A stretch of DNA of 64,000 nucleotides from Usitatibacter sp. (GCA_049300695.1 JBAQKF010000032.1:8292-72291); one strand, 5' to 3'. Counted from the stretch's first letter, positions 10,173-19,751 are shown. The notes: generated by a model from the letters alone, not told the origin. Numbers and translations: made by a program.

Positions 10173-10868
10173 TCAGACTTCCAGCCATTCCTTGCGCACC
10201 GCGCCGGCGGCGCGAAGCTCGGCGGGCGTTCCCTCGAACACCACGCGCCCATGGCCGAGAACGTAGACCCGCGCCGAGATGTCCAGCGCGATCGCGAGCT
10301 TCTGCTCCACGAGCAGGATCGGGATGCCGCGGCTGCGGACCTTCTCGAGGAAATGCGCCACGAGATCGACGATCATCGGCGCGAGTCCCTCCGTGGGCTC
10401 GTCGATCATCACGAGCCTGGGATTGCCCATGAGCGTACGGCAAAGGGTGAGCATCTGCTGCTCGCCGCCCGAGAGCACGCCCGCGGGCGTGTCGGCGCGC
10501 ACTTTCAGCTGCGGAAAAAGCGAATACGTATCGTCGACCGTGAAGGGATTGGCTTCGCCGTTGCCCTTGCGGCCGAGCTCCAGGTTCTCCCGCACCGTGA
10601 GGTCCGCGAAGACCGCGCGGTCTTCGGGGACGTACCCCAGGCCGCGGCGGGCGACCTGGTGCGGCTTCAGCCCCGCGATGTCCTGCCCGCGGAAGCGCAC
10701 GGCGCCCTTCGCGGCCACCTGGCCCATGATCGCCTTCACGGTCGTGGAACGGCCGACGCCATTGCGGCCGAGGAGGCTCACGATCTCGCCTTCGCGCACG
10801 TCGAGCGTCACGCCGTGCAGCACGTGGCTCTTGCCGTAGTAGGCGTGCAGGTCGCGGACTTCAAGCAT
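10173..10868 (-). CDS. livF: Branched-chain amino acid-type ABC transporter ATP-binding protein
   Basis: Walker A GRNGVGRST, signature LSGGEQQML and Walker B LVMIDEP. The 231-aa size is typical of LivF. Confidence 0.9.
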   Translation of the reverse strand: MLEVRDLHAYYGKSHVLHGVTLDVREGEIVSLLGRNGVGRSTTVKAIMGQVAAKGAVRFRGQDIAGLKPHQVARRGLGYVPEDRAVFADLTVRENLELGRKGNGEANPFTVDDTYSLFPQLKVRADTPAGVLSGGEQQMLTLCRTLMGNPRLVMIDEPTEGLAPMIVDLVAHFLEKVRSRGIPILLVEQKLAIALDISARVYVLGHGRVVFEGTPAELRAAGAVRKEWLEV

Positions 10869-11631
10869 GGGCGGCAGGGCTCTTATTGTCAGCCTCTCCG
10901 AGGTAGGCCTCGCGCACCTTGGCGTTACCGCGGATCTCCTCGGGCGTGCCGGTGGCGACGATCTTTCCGTAGACGAGCACCGAGATGCGATCGGCCAATC
11001 CGAAGACGACGCTCATGTCGTGCTCGACGATGAGCAGCGTGCGGCCCTCGGTGACGCGCCGGATCAACGCGACCGCGGCTTCCGTTTCCGTCCGGCTCAT
11101 CCCCGCCGTGGGCTCGTCGAGGAGGATCACGCTGGCGCCGCCCGCGATCGTGATGCCGATCTCCAGCGCGCGCTGCTCGGCATAGGAAAGGATTCCCGCC
11201 GGCACGCCCGCGCGGGATGTTAGCCCGATGCGCTCGAGGATCTCCGCGGCGCGCGCGTTCGCGTCGGCAAGCTTCTCCACTCGGCGCCAGAACGAATACT
11301 TGTACCCCAGCGACCAGAAGACGGCGCAGCGCACGTTCTCGAACACCGTGAGCCGATGGAAGAGGTTCGTCACCTGGAAGCTTCGCGAGAGTCCGCGGCG
11401 ATTGATCTGGTACGGCTTCTTCCCGATGATGGACTCGCCGTTCAGCTCGATCCGGCCCGAGCTCACCGGATAGCGCGCACTGATCAAGTGGAAGAGCACC
11501 GACTTGCCCGCGCCGTTGGGACCGATCAACGCGTGGCGCTCGCCCTGCTCCACGCGAAGGTCCACGCCCTGCACGATCTCGGTCGCGCCGAAACGCTTCT
11601 GCACGCCGGCGAGCTCGAGTGCCGCGGTCAT
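10861..11631 (-). CDS. livG: Branched-chain amino acid-type ABC transporter ATP-binding protein
   Basis: ATG at 11631 overlaps the livM stop (ATGA). Walker A GPNGAGKS, signature LSYAEQRALEI and Walker B LLDEPTAGM. Confidence 0.9.
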   Translation of the reverse strand: MTAALELAGVQKRFGATEIVQGVDLRVEQGERHALIGPNGAGKSVLFHLISARYPVSSGRIELNGESIIGKKPYQINRRGLSRSFQVTNLFHRLTVFENVRCAVFWSLGYKYSFWRRVEKLADANARAAEILERIGLTSRAGVPAGILSYAEQRALEIGITIAGGASVILLDEPTAGMSRTETEAAVALIRRVTEGRTLLIVEHDMSVVFGLADRISVLVYGKIVATGTPEEIRGNAKVREAYLGEADNKSPAAHA

Positions 11632-12878
11632 GTCCTGCGGTCCCCGGCGAGCGTCGCCCCCAGCTCGGCCCAGCGAGGTGCGGCGAGGCGCCATGTGAAA
11701 CGCCACGCGGCGAAGGCGGCGACGGTGAGCGCGAGCACGCCGATCCACGCCCCCGTCGCGGTGGTGTCGAGCACCACGCCCAGCACCTTGAAGGGCGAGC
11801 GCGATTCGTCGGACGCGTTGTAGGCCATCTCCACCAGCAGCACGGCAAAGCCCACTGCCAGCGCCGAGGGAATCGCCATGATCGCGTACACGACCGCCGC
11901 GCTCTTCATGAGCTTCGCATCCCAGAGGCGCTTGTGCAGCATCGCCACGCTCGCGAGACCGCCGGGCACGAAGAGCACCGTGGCGAGGAACATCGCACCG
12001 AAGTAGAAGGGCCATGCCTTGGTGACCGAGCCCAGCGCCGTCTGCATGAGCGTGACGACGATGGCGCCCGCCACGGGGCCCGCGAAGAACCCGATGCCGC
12101 CGAGATAGGTCGCGAGCAGCACCATGCCCGAGGTCGACGCCGAAAGCGATTCCGCCGTCACGATCTCGTAGTTGAGCGCCGCGAGCCCGCCCGCGACGCC
12201 GGCGAAGAATCCGGAGAGCGCCACCATCATGAAGCGCACGTGCTGCGGGTCGTAGCCCACGAACTGCGCGCGCTCAGGATTGTCGCGCACAGCGTTGGCC
12301 ATGCGCCCCAGCGGCGTTCGCGAGAGCGCGTACATCGCCGCGGTCGCGAGCAGCAGCCACGCCGCGACGAGGTAATACATCTGGATCTGCGGCCCATAGG
12401 TGATGCCGAGGATCGCGCCACCGGCGGTGCGATTGCCCGAGACGCCCGCCTCGCCGCCGAAGAAAGCGGGAAACATGAGCGAGAGCGCCGCGACCATCTC
12501 GCCGATCCCGAGCGAGATCATGGAGAACGTGGTCCCCGCGCGGCGCGTCGTGACGTAACCGAAGATCACGCCGAAGACGAGTCCCGCGACGCCGCCCACC
12601 AGCGGCATCAGCGTCACGGGGAACTTCCAGCCGGCCTGCACGAGGTTCAGCGCGTGGATGCTGAAAAGCGCGCCCAGGCCGTAGTACACCGCGTGCCCGA
12701 ACGAAAGCAGGCCCGTCTGCCCGAGCAGCATGTTGTACGAGAGCGCGAAGATGATGAGGATGCCCATCTGGCAGAGCAGCGAAAGCGAGAACCCCTTGTT
12801 GAAGACGAGCGGCGCCACGGCGAGCAGCGCGGCGAAGCCGCCCCAGATGATCCATCGTCGGCGCGCGGCCGGACTCAC
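11628..12878 (-). CDS. livM: Branched-chain amino acid-type ABC transporter permease
   Basis: GTG at 12878 overlaps the livH stop (GTGA). Polytopic membrane protein (LLGQTGLLSFGHAVYYGLGA). The upstream part of the track ORF is an artefact over livH. Confidence 0.85.
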   Translation of the reverse strand: MSPAARRRWIIWGGFAALLAVAPLVFNKGFSLSLLCQMGILIIFALSYNMLLGQTGLLSFGHAVYYGLGALFSIHALNLVQAGWKFPVTLMPLVGGVAGLVFGVIFGYVTTRRAGTTFSMISLGIGEMVAALSLMFPAFFGGEAGVSGNRTAGGAILGITYGPQIQMYYLVAAWLLLATAAMYALSRTPLGRMANAVRDNPERAQFVGYDPQHVRFMMVALSGFFAGVAGGLAALNYEIVTAESLSASTSGMVLLATYLGGIGFFAGPVAGAIVVTLMQTALGSVTKAWPFYFGAMFLATVLFVPGGLASVAMLHKRLWDAKLMKSAAVVYAIMAIPSALAVGFAVLLVEMAYNASDESRSPFKVLGVVLDTTATGAWIGVLALTVAAFAAWRFTWRLAAPRWAELGATLAGDRRT

Positions 12879-13762
12879 GTCTCGCGCGTCCCCATCAGGC
12901 CGCGCGGCCGAACGATCAGCATCGCGACCATGATGAGGTACGGCAGCACCGGCGCCACGCGGGAAATGCTCATGCCGTGCCACGAGTAGTCCACGGCGAC
13001 CGCGAACGTCTGCACGATGCCGATGAAAAGTGACGCGACGAAGGCACCCGTGAGCGACCCCAGGCCGCCCACGACGACCACGACGAAGACGATCGTTCCC
13101 AGCGACTCCGCCATGCCGGGATCGGTCACGAAGGCATTGCCGCCGATCACGCCCGCCAGGCCCGCGAGCGCCGTGCCGCCGCCGAACACCAGCATGAACA
13201 CGCGGGGCACGTTGTGGCCCAGGGCCTCCGCCATGTCCGGACGGGTCAGCGCCGCGCGGATCACGAGCCCCACGCGCGTCTTCGTGAGCCCCGCATAAAG
13301 CGCCACGAGCATGCCCACCGACACCAGCATCATGAAAGCCTTGTAGGTGGGAAAGGTCGCGTTGTAGAGCGTGAAGAGCGGGCCGTCGAGCGACGCCGGC
13401 ACTTTGTACGGTACCGGCGTCGATCCCCACACGAGGCGCACCGCCTCGGCGATCACGAACGCGAGGCCGAACGTGAAGAGCAGCTCCGACACGTGCCCCG
13501 TCGCATGGGCCCGGCGGAGGCCATAGCGCTCCACCGCGGCGCCGATCGATCCCACCACGAGCGGCGAGAGGACCAGCGCCGGATAGAACCCGACCTTCGT
13601 GCTGATGGCGTAGCCGAAAAACGCGCCCAGCATGTAGAAGCTCGCGTGGGCGAAATTCAGCACGCCCATCATGCTGAAGATGAGCGTGAGCCCCGACGAG
13701 AGCATGAAGAGCAGCAGCCCGTAGGTCACTCCGTTCAGGAGTGATGAGACGAAAACTTCCAA
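12875..13762 (-). CDS. livH: Branched-chain amino acid-type ABC transporter permease
   Basis: 295-aa hydrophobic protein with N-terminus LLNGVTYGLLLFMLSSGLTLIFSMMGVLNFAH, typical of LivH. Confidence 0.9.
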   Translation of the reverse strand: MEVFVSSLLNGVTYGLLLFMLSSGLTLIFSMMGVLNFAHASFYMLGAFFGYAISTKVGFYPALVLSPLVVGSIGAAVERYGLRRAHATGHVSELLFTFGLAFVIAEAVRLVWGSTPVPYKVPASLDGPLFTLYNATFPTYKAFMMLVSVGMLVALYAGLTKTRVGLVIRAALTRPDMAEALGHNVPRVFMLVFGGGTALAGLAGVIGGNAFVTDPGMAESLGTIVFVVVVVGGLGSLTGAFVASLFIGIVQTFAVAVDYSWHGMSISRVAPVLPYLIMVAMLIVRPRGLMGTRET

Positions 13763-13769
13763 AGGCCGC

Positions 13770-15011
13770 CTACGCTGGGCGCTGCATCTTGCAGGTCGTG
13801 GGCCGCGCGGTGGCGGGTCCTTCGAACCGGACCTCCTGCTTGAAGGTGTAGTCGGCGGTGCCCTCGGCCGTGTAGCGCGCCTTGCCGTCGTTCTTCACGA
13901 AAGTCATCACGAAGAGCGGCTGGATCAGCTGGTGGTCCGTGGCGCGCATCTCCACGGGGCCGAAGGGATCGTCCCACTTCGCGCCCTCCATCGCCTTGGC
14001 GACCTTCACCGGATCCGTGGAGTTGGCCTTCGTCATCGACCGCGTGAGCAGGTCCACGGCGTTACGCATCGATCCCGTGTACGGATCGGCCGTCGCGCCG
14101 TATTTCTTCTTGTACGCGTCGATGTAGCCGGTCTTGCCCGGCGGGAGCGCGTTGGGGTTCCAATAGGTCACGACCTTCACGCGATCCACGCCCGAGTCCC
14201 CAAGCGCCGGCGGGGTGCCGACCACGCCTGCGTAATACGTGTAGAAGTCCGCCTTGAGGTTGGCGTCCTTCGCCGCCTTCACGAGCAGCTGCAGGTCGCT
14301 GCCCCAGTTGCCCGTGATCACCGTGTCGGCGCCCGAGGCCTGGATCTTCGCCACGTAGGGCGCGAAATCCTTCACCTTCGCCAGCGGATGCAGCTCGTCG
14401 CCCACGATCTTCACGTCGGGACGCTTGGCGGCAAGCATTTCACGCGCCGCGCGGGCCACCTGGTGGCCGAACGAGTAGTCCTGGTTGAGCAGGTACACCT
14501 TCTGGATCTTTTTCTCGTCCTTCATGTACGAGGTGAGCGCCTCCATCTTCATGTCGCTGTTGGCGTCGAAGCGGAAGTGCCAGAAGCTGCACTTGTCGTT
14601 GGTGAAGTCGGGATCGACCGCGGCGTAGTTCAGGAACACGACGGTCTTGTCGGGATTGCGCTCGTTGTTCTTGTTGATGGCGTCGATGAGCACGCCGGCC
14701 ACGCTCGAGCCGTTGCCCTGGACGATGTAGCGCACGCCCTGGTCGATGGCCGCCTGGAGCTGGATCTGGCTTTCCTGGGTGGAGAGCTTGTTGTCGAGCG
14801 GCACCACGACCAGCTTCTGCCCGAGGACCCCGCCCCTCGCGTTCACCTGCTCGGCGGCGAATTCGAGCTCATGCAGCCCGTGCTCGCCGGTCGCGGCCAT
14901 GAGGCCCGAGAGCGGATCGATGTAGGCAATCTTGATGTCGGCCGATGCGGCCGCTGCGAATAACGTGACGAGCGCGCAGCAAGCCGCGCGCATGGGGCTG
15001 CGAATGATCAT
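13770..15011 (-). CDS. ABC transporter substrate-binding protein (Leu/Ile/Val-binding protein family, type I PBP)
   Basis: Signal peptide MIIRSPMRAACCALVTLFAAAASA, then IKIAYIDPLSG...RGGVLGQKL. Strong SD (GGAGGAG) precedes the ATG at 15011. Confidence 0.9.
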   Translation of the reverse strand: MIIRSPMRAACCALVTLFAAAASADIKIAYIDPLSGLMAATGEHGLHELEFAAEQVNARGGVLGQKLVVVPLDNKLSTQESQIQLQAAIDQGVRYIVQGNGSSVAGVLIDAINKNNERNPDKTVVFLNYAAVDPDFTNDKCSFWHFRFDANSDMKMEALTSYMKDEKKIQKVYLLNQDYSFGHQVARAAREMLAAKRPDVKIVGDELHPLAKVKDFAPYVAKIQASGADTVITGNWGSDLQLLVKAAKDANLKADFYTYYAGVVGTPPALGDSGVDRVKVVTYWNPNALPPGKTGYIDAYKKKYGATADPYTGSMRNAVDLLTRSMTKANSTDPVKVAKAMEGAKWDDPFGPVEMRATDHQLIQPLFVMTFVKNDGKARYTAEGTADYTFKQEVRFEGPATARPTTCKMQRPA

Positions 15012-15136
15012 GGTCTCCTCCGGTTATGTTGGCCCAGTGATGCTTGCGATCCGGTTGCGCGAGTGTATCGCCGGATAATATGCTCCGCAATTGTGTGCAG
15101 AATGTCGTTCCGCCTCGCGAAATTCCGGAGAACTCC

Positions 15137-16333
15137 TTGAACCTAGACTACTCTGTCGACGAACTCGCATTCCGCGAAGGCGTCCGCGCCTTCATCGCCG
15201 CCTCGCTTCCGAAGGCGCTCGCCGCCAAGGTCCACGAAGGCAAGCGCCTCACCCGCGAGGACTTCGTCACCTGGCACCGGATCCTCGCGAAGAAGGGCTG
15301 GGTGGCGCCCGGCTGGCCCGTGGAGTTCGGCGGACCCGGGTGGAGCGCGGTCCAGCAGCACATCTTCGACGAGGAATGCTCGGCCGCGGGTGCTCCTGTC
15401 GTGCTGCCTTTTGGCGTTCGCATGGTCGCCCCGGTCATCCAGCGCTTCGGCAACGAGGAGCAGAAGCGCCACTTCCTGCCGCGCATCCTCTCGGGCGAGG
15501 ACTGGTGGTGCCAGGGCTATTCGGAACCGGGAGCGGGATCGGATCTCGCATCGTTGAAGACCCGGGCCGAGCGCCAGGGCGACCACTACGTCGTCAACGG
15601 ACAGAAGACGTGGAACACGCTCGGCCAGTGGGCCGACTGGATCTTCTGCCTCGTGCGCACCGCGACCGAGGGCCGGCCCCAGGAAGGCATCTCGTTCCTC
15701 CTCATCGACATGAAATCGCCGGGCGTCACCGTGCGGCCCATCAGGATGCTCGACGGCGAAGCCGAGATCAACGAGATCTGGTTCGAGGACGTGAAAGTGC
15801 CCGTCGCCAATCGCGTGGGCGAAGAGAACAAGGGCTGGACCTACGCCAAGTTCCTGCTGGGCCACGAGCGCACCGGCATCGCGGGCGTGGGACGCAGCAA
15901 GCGCGAGCTGAAGAAGCTGAAGGAGATCGCGCGCCGCGAGCGTTCCGGGGGCCGCCCGCTCATCGAGGATGCGCGCTTCCGCGACCGCATCGCCCAGGCG
16001 GAGATCGAACTCATCGCGCTCGAGGTCACGAACCTTCGCGTGCTGGCCGAGGAGGACACGCGCCGCGCGCCCGGACCCGAGGCCTCGATCCTCAAGGTCC
16101 GCGGCAGCGAGATCCAGCAATCGCTCTCGGAGCTGATGATGCAGGCCGTGGGCTCGTACGGATTGCCCTATGTCCCCGAAGAGCTCGATGCGGGATGGAG
16201 CGGAGAGGCCGCCGGCCCCGAATATGCCGCGCCGCTCGCGGGCCTGTACTTCAACATGCGCAAGACCTCGATCTACAGCGGCTCGAACGAGATCCAGAAA
16301 AACATCATCTCCCAGATGATCCTGGGACTCTAG
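15137..16333 (+). CDS. Acyl-CoA dehydrogenase family protein (first of an adjacent pair)
   Basis: TTG at 15137 lies 4 nt after GGAGAA and gives the typical N-terminus (M)NLDYSVDELAFREGVRAF. An alternative ATG is at 15080. The ACAD fold is visible throughout (WCQGYSEPGAGSDLASL, YVVNGQKTW, IYSGSNEIQKNII). Confidence 0.85.
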   Translation: MNLDYSVDELAFREGVRAFIAASLPKALAAKVHEGKRLTREDFVTWHRILAKKGWVAPGWPVEFGGPGWSAVQQHIFDEECSAAGAPVVLPFGVRMVAPVIQRFGNEEQKRHFLPRILSGEDWWCQGYSEPGAGSDLASLKTRAERQGDHYVVNGQKTWNTLGQWADWIFCLVRTATEGRPQEGISFLLIDMKSPGVTVRPIRMLDGEAEINEIWFEDVKVPVANRVGEENKGWTYAKFLLGHERTGIAGVGRSKRELKKLKEIARRERSGGRPLIEDARFRDRIAQAEIELIALEVTNLRVLAEEDTRRAPGPEASILKVRGSEIQQSLSELMMQAVGSYGLPYVPEELDAGWSGEAAGPEYAAPLAGLYFNMRKTSIYSGSNEIQKNIISQMILGL

Positions 16334-16342
16334 GAAAAGACA

Positions 16343-17488
16343 ATGGACTTCAGCCTCGCCGAAGAGCGCCGCCTCCTGCAGGACACCGTGCGGCGTTTCC
16401 TCGCCAACGAATACAAGTTCGAGAAGCGCCGCGCGATCGTCTCGAGCCCCGAAGGGTTCTCGCGCGACATCTGGAAGCAGCTCGCGGACCTGGGCCTGCT
16501 CGGTCTCACGATGCGCGACGAGGACGGCGGCCTCGCCGGCGACGCCTTCGACACGTCGATCGTGATGGAGGCGTTCGGGCGCGCACTCGTGGTCGAACCG
16601 TACGTCGCGACAGTCGTGCTCGGTGCCGGGATCATTTCCGACGCGGGCAACGCGGCGCAACGCGAGGCCTGGCTCGGCCCCATCGCCGCGGGCGAGAAGC
16701 TGCTCGCGTTCGCGCACACCGAGCCGGCCGCGCGCTACGCGCCGAGTTTCGTGGAAACCAAGGCCAGGCGCGAAGGCGCCGGGTGGAAGATCGACGGCTT
16801 CAAGTCGGTGGTACTGAACGCCGCGAACGCCGACGCGATCATCGTGAGCGCGCGCGCTTCAGGCAACGCCTCGGACCGCGACGGCATCTCGCTCTTCCTC
16901 GTCGATCGCGATGCGCCGGGTGTTTCGCTTCGCGCGTATGCGACGCAGGATGGCGGGCACGCGGCCGACGTGAAGCTTTCGGGCGTCCCGGTTGCGGACG
17001 ATCGCCGAATCGGCGACGCGGGAGCCGCGATCGCCACGATCGAGCGCGCGCTCGACCGCGCCAACGCCGCGCTCTGCGCCGAGGCGCTCGGCATCATCGA
17101 CGCGCTGAACGAAGCCACCCTCGAATACCTGAAGACGCGCAAGCAGTTCGGCCAGCCCATCGGCCGTTTCCAGGCGCTGCAGCATCGAATGGCCGACATG
17201 ACGATCAAGGCCGTCGAGGCGCGTTCGATGGCCGTGGTCGCCGCCGCGGGCATGGGCGAGAAGGACGCGACCCAGCGTTCGCGCCGCGTGAGCGCCGCGA
17301 AGGCCTTCATCGGCCAGGCGTCGCGCTTCGTCGGCCAGCAGGCGATCCAGCTCCACGGCGCCATCGGCGTGACCGACGAGCTCATCGTGAGCCACTGGTT
17401 CAAGCGCCTGACGACGATCAACGCAACGTTCGGCGACGCGGATTTCCACCTCGCGCGATTCAGCGACCTGATGCTCGGCGAGAAATGA
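16343..17488 (+). CDS. Acyl-CoA dehydrogenase family protein (second of an adjacent pair)
   Basis: 381 aa starting MDFSLAEERRLLQDTVRRF, beginning 9 nt after the previous ACAD stop. ACAD C-terminal region QLHGAIGVTDE. Confidence 0.88.
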   Translation: MDFSLAEERRLLQDTVRRFLANEYKFEKRRAIVSSPEGFSRDIWKQLADLGLLGLTMRDEDGGLAGDAFDTSIVMEAFGRALVVEPYVATVVLGAGIISDAGNAAQREAWLGPIAAGEKLLAFAHTEPAARYAPSFVETKARREGAGWKIDGFKSVVLNAANADAIIVSARASGNASDRDGISLFLVDRDAPGVSLRAYATQDGGHAADVKLSGVPVADDRRIGDAGAAIATIERALDRANAALCAEALGIIDALNEATLEYLKTRKQFGQPIGRFQALQHRMADMTIKAVEARSMAVVAAAGMGEKDATQRSRRVSAAKAFIGQASRFVGQQAIQLHGAIGVTDELIVSHWFKRLTTINATFGDADFHLARFSDLMLGEK

Positions 17489-18471
17489 GGGCCGTCATCT
17501 GCTCGCGCCTCGACGGCCCCGAGGCGCTCACGGTGGGCGACATGGTGGCGCCGAAACCCGTGCAAGGCCAGGTGCTGGTGGAAGTGCGCGCGGCCTCGCT
17601 CAACTTCCCCGACGTATTGATGGTGCGCGGCCTGTACCAGGTGAAGCCGCCGCTGCCCTTCTCGCCCGGCGCGGAGCTCTCCGGCGTCGTTCGCGAAATC
17701 GGCCCCGGGGTCGATCGAATCAAGGTGGGCGACTCGGTGATCGGTTTTTCGGGGCATGGAGCCTTTGCGGAGTACTGCGTCGTGGACGCGGCGCGCGTGA
17801 TGCCGATGCCGCCGGGACTTCCGTTCGACGTCGCCGCGGCCGTGGGACTCACGTACGGCACGGCGCTCCATGCGCTTCGCGATTGCGGAGTGCTCAAGTC
17901 CGGCGAGACGCTCGCGGTGTTGGGCGCCGCGGGTGGAACCGGCATCGCGGCGATCGAATGCGGAAAAGCCCTGGGCGCGCGAGTGATCGCGTGCGCGTCG
18001 AGCGAATCGAGGCTCGAGCTTTGCCGCAAGCATGGCGCCGACGAAACGGTGAATTACGCGACGGAGGACCTGCGGGGGCGCCTCGATGCGCTCACGGACA
18101 AACGCGGCGTCGATGTCGTATTCGACGCAGTGGGCGGGGCGTACACGGAGCCCGCGTTCCGCGCGACGGCGTGGAAAGGTCGCCTGCTCGTCGTGGGCTT
18201 CGCCGCCGGCGAGATCCCGAAGATGCCGATCAATCTCGCGCTGCTTCGCGAGCGCTCCATCGTCGGCGTGTATTGGGGCGACTGGACGCGGCGCGATCCC
18301 GCGGGCAACGCGCGCAACATGATGGACATCGCGAAATGGCTGGGCGACGCCACCGTGAAACCGGCGATCACCGAACGCATCGGCCTCGACGCGACGCCCG
18401 ATGCGATCGCGCGCATGGCGAGGCGTGAGATCACGGGCAAGGTCGTCGTCCTCCCGGGGGGGGCGTCGTGA
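17485..18471 (+). CDS. NADPH:quinone oxidoreductase / zinc-independent MDR family oxidoreductase
   Basis: ATG at 17485 overlaps the ACAD stop (ATGA). MRAVICSRLDGPEALTVGD..., PFSPGAELSGVV and nucleotide-binding VLGAAGGTGIAAIE. The upstream 798 codons of the 1126-aa track ORF are an out-of-frame artefact. Confidence 0.88.
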   Translation: MRAVICSRLDGPEALTVGDMVAPKPVQGQVLVEVRAASLNFPDVLMVRGLYQVKPPLPFSPGAELSGVVREIGPGVDRIKVGDSVIGFSGHGAFAEYCVVDAARVMPMPPGLPFDVAAAVGLTYGTALHALRDCGVLKSGETLAVLGAAGGTGIAAIECGKALGARVIACASSESRLELCRKHGADETVNYATEDLRGRLDALTDKRGVDVVFDAVGGAYTEPAFRATAWKGRLLVVGFAAGEIPKMPINLALLRERSIVGVYWGDWTRRDPAGNARNMMDIAKWLGDATVKPAITERIGLDATPDAIARMARREITGKVVVLPGGAS

Positions 18472-19286
18472 GCCGCGTCGGCATCGTTCGCGGAAGTCCC
18501 GCAGGCCGTGAAGACCGCCAGTTCGTCACGGCGCTCGCGCGCGGCCTCGATATCCTCAGGTGCTTCTCGCGCAAGGACCGCGAGCTCGGCAATCGCGAGA
18601 TCGCCGCGCGGACGGGGCTGCCCAAGCCCACGGTGAGCCGCCTCACCTTCACGCTGATGCAGATGGGCTATCTCACGTGCGCTCCCGACACCAAGCGTTA
18701 TTCGCTGTCCGTCGGCGTGCTCGCGTTCAGCAACGCGTACCTCGGCACGCTCGATGTGCGCAACATTGCCCGGCCGCTCATGCAGGGGCTCGCCGACGAC
18801 TTGCACGCCACGGTGTCGCTCGGGGCGCCGGACCCGTCGAGCCTGCACATGGTGTACCTGGAGATCACACAGGGCACGGGCCAGATGTTCCGGATGAGCA
18901 TGGACGTGGGCTCGCGCGTGCCGCACGGATGGACCGCGATGGGCCGCGCGTACCTCGCGGCGCTCACGCCCGAGCAGCGCGAGGAGCGATTGAGCCTGTA
19001 CAAGAAGGACACGCCGCGCGCGCGCTGGAACGAGATCGGCATGGGCATCGACCGTGCCGTCCGCGACTACGAACGCTTCGGCTTCTGCCTGTCGGTGGGC
19101 GAATGGAACAAGGACGTGTGGGCCGTTGGCGCGCCGATGGTTTCGCGCGAAGGCGGCCGCATCCTCGCCTTCAACTGCAGCGGCCCCATCTTCGACATCA
19201 CGCGACAGAAGATCATCCAGAACATCGGGCCGCGCCTGCTCGAGCTGCGCGACCAGGTGGCCGCCTCGACCGGCGGAGTGTTCTAG
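18468..19286 (+). CDS. IclR family transcriptional regulator
   Basis: GTG at 18468 overlaps the previous stop (GTGA). N-terminal wHTH ALARGLDILRCF...LGNREIAARTGLPKPTVSRLTFTL and a C-terminal IclR effector domain. Confidence 0.9.
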   Translation: MSRVGIVRGSPAGREDRQFVTALARGLDILRCFSRKDRELGNREIAARTGLPKPTVSRLTFTLMQMGYLTCAPDTKRYSLSVGVLAFSNAYLGTLDVRNIARPLMQGLADDLHATVSLGAPDPSSLHMVYLEITQGTGQMFRMSMDVGSRVPHGWTAMGRAYLAALTPEQREERLSLYKKDTPRARWNEIGMGIDRAVRDYERFGFCLSVGEWNKDVWAVGAPMVSREGGRILAFNCSGPIFDITRQKIIQNIGPRLLELRDQVAASTGGVF

Positions 19287-19360
19287 GGTCAGACCCCGGT
19301 TATCGCTGGCGCGTGAGGGCCTCCCGCTCGAAAACCGGGGTCTGACCCTGGTTTATTTTT
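19286..19360. terminator. GGGTCAGACCCC-family palindrome between convergent genes. Likely a bidirectional terminator.
   Basis: 16-bp perfect arms GGGTCAGACCCCGGTT (19286-19301) and AACCGGGGTCTGACCC (19333-19348) with a 31-nt loop, followed by TGGTTTATTTTTTT. It sits between the IclR stop (+) and the thioesterase stop (-). Confidence 0.6.
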
Positions 19361-19751
19361 TTCCCGGAGGCACCGGCCGCGGTTGCCGATCCTCGCCGAC
19401 CGCGACGTACGTAAGCTGCGCTTCCGTCACCCTCACGACCTCGCCACCGCCGCTGCGGCCTCGGTGCGCGAACACCTCCACATCGACTGTGATCGAGGTC
19501 TTGCCTACTCGGAGCACTCGCGCGTAGAAACTCACGACGTCGCCGACATGCACGGGTTCCTTGAAGACGAAGGAGTTCACGGCCACTGTCACCACGGGGC
19601 CGTCCGCGCGCTGCCACGCGGGAATGCTGCCTGCGATGTCGACCTGCGACATCACCCAGCCACCGAAGATCGTGCCTTGCTGGTTGGTGTCCGCCGGCAT
19701 GGGCACGACGCGGAGCACCGGTTGTTCGTTTTCGGGAAGTGTTGTCGTCAT
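19353..19751 (-). CDS. Acyl-CoA thioesterase (hotdog fold, YciA-like)
   Basis: ATG at 19751 was chosen because the TTG at 19787 would overlap the upstream gene by 20 nt. Motif GTIFGGWVMSQVDIAG...VAVNSFVFKEPVHVGD. Confidence 0.85.
   Translation of the reverse strand: MTTTLPENEQPVLRVVPMPADTNQQGTIFGGWVMSQVDIAGSIPAWQRADGPVVTVAVNSFVFKEPVHVGDVVSFYARVLRVGKTSITVDVEVFAHRGRSGGGEVVRVTEAQLTYVAVGEDRQPRPVPPGKK

Noticed and set aside
6961-10266. 1101-aa ORF on the plus strand, with similar long ORFs at 2222-3817, 3510-4883, 5202-6374, 11619-12989, 35481-36767 and 39041-40171
   Set aside because: They lie antisense to genes with clear family signatures. Their translations are Arg/Ala/Gly/His/Asp-rich low complexity with no recognisable motifs. 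This is the typical stop-codon-poor antisense frame of GC-rich DNA.
15091-17484. N-terminal 798 codons of the 1126-aa plus-strand ORF 15091-18471
   Set aside because: This part runs out of frame over the two ACAD genes and is Arg/Pro/Gly-rich. Only the last 328 codons, from the ATG at 17485 (ATGA-coupled), encode a recognisable quinone oxidoreductase.
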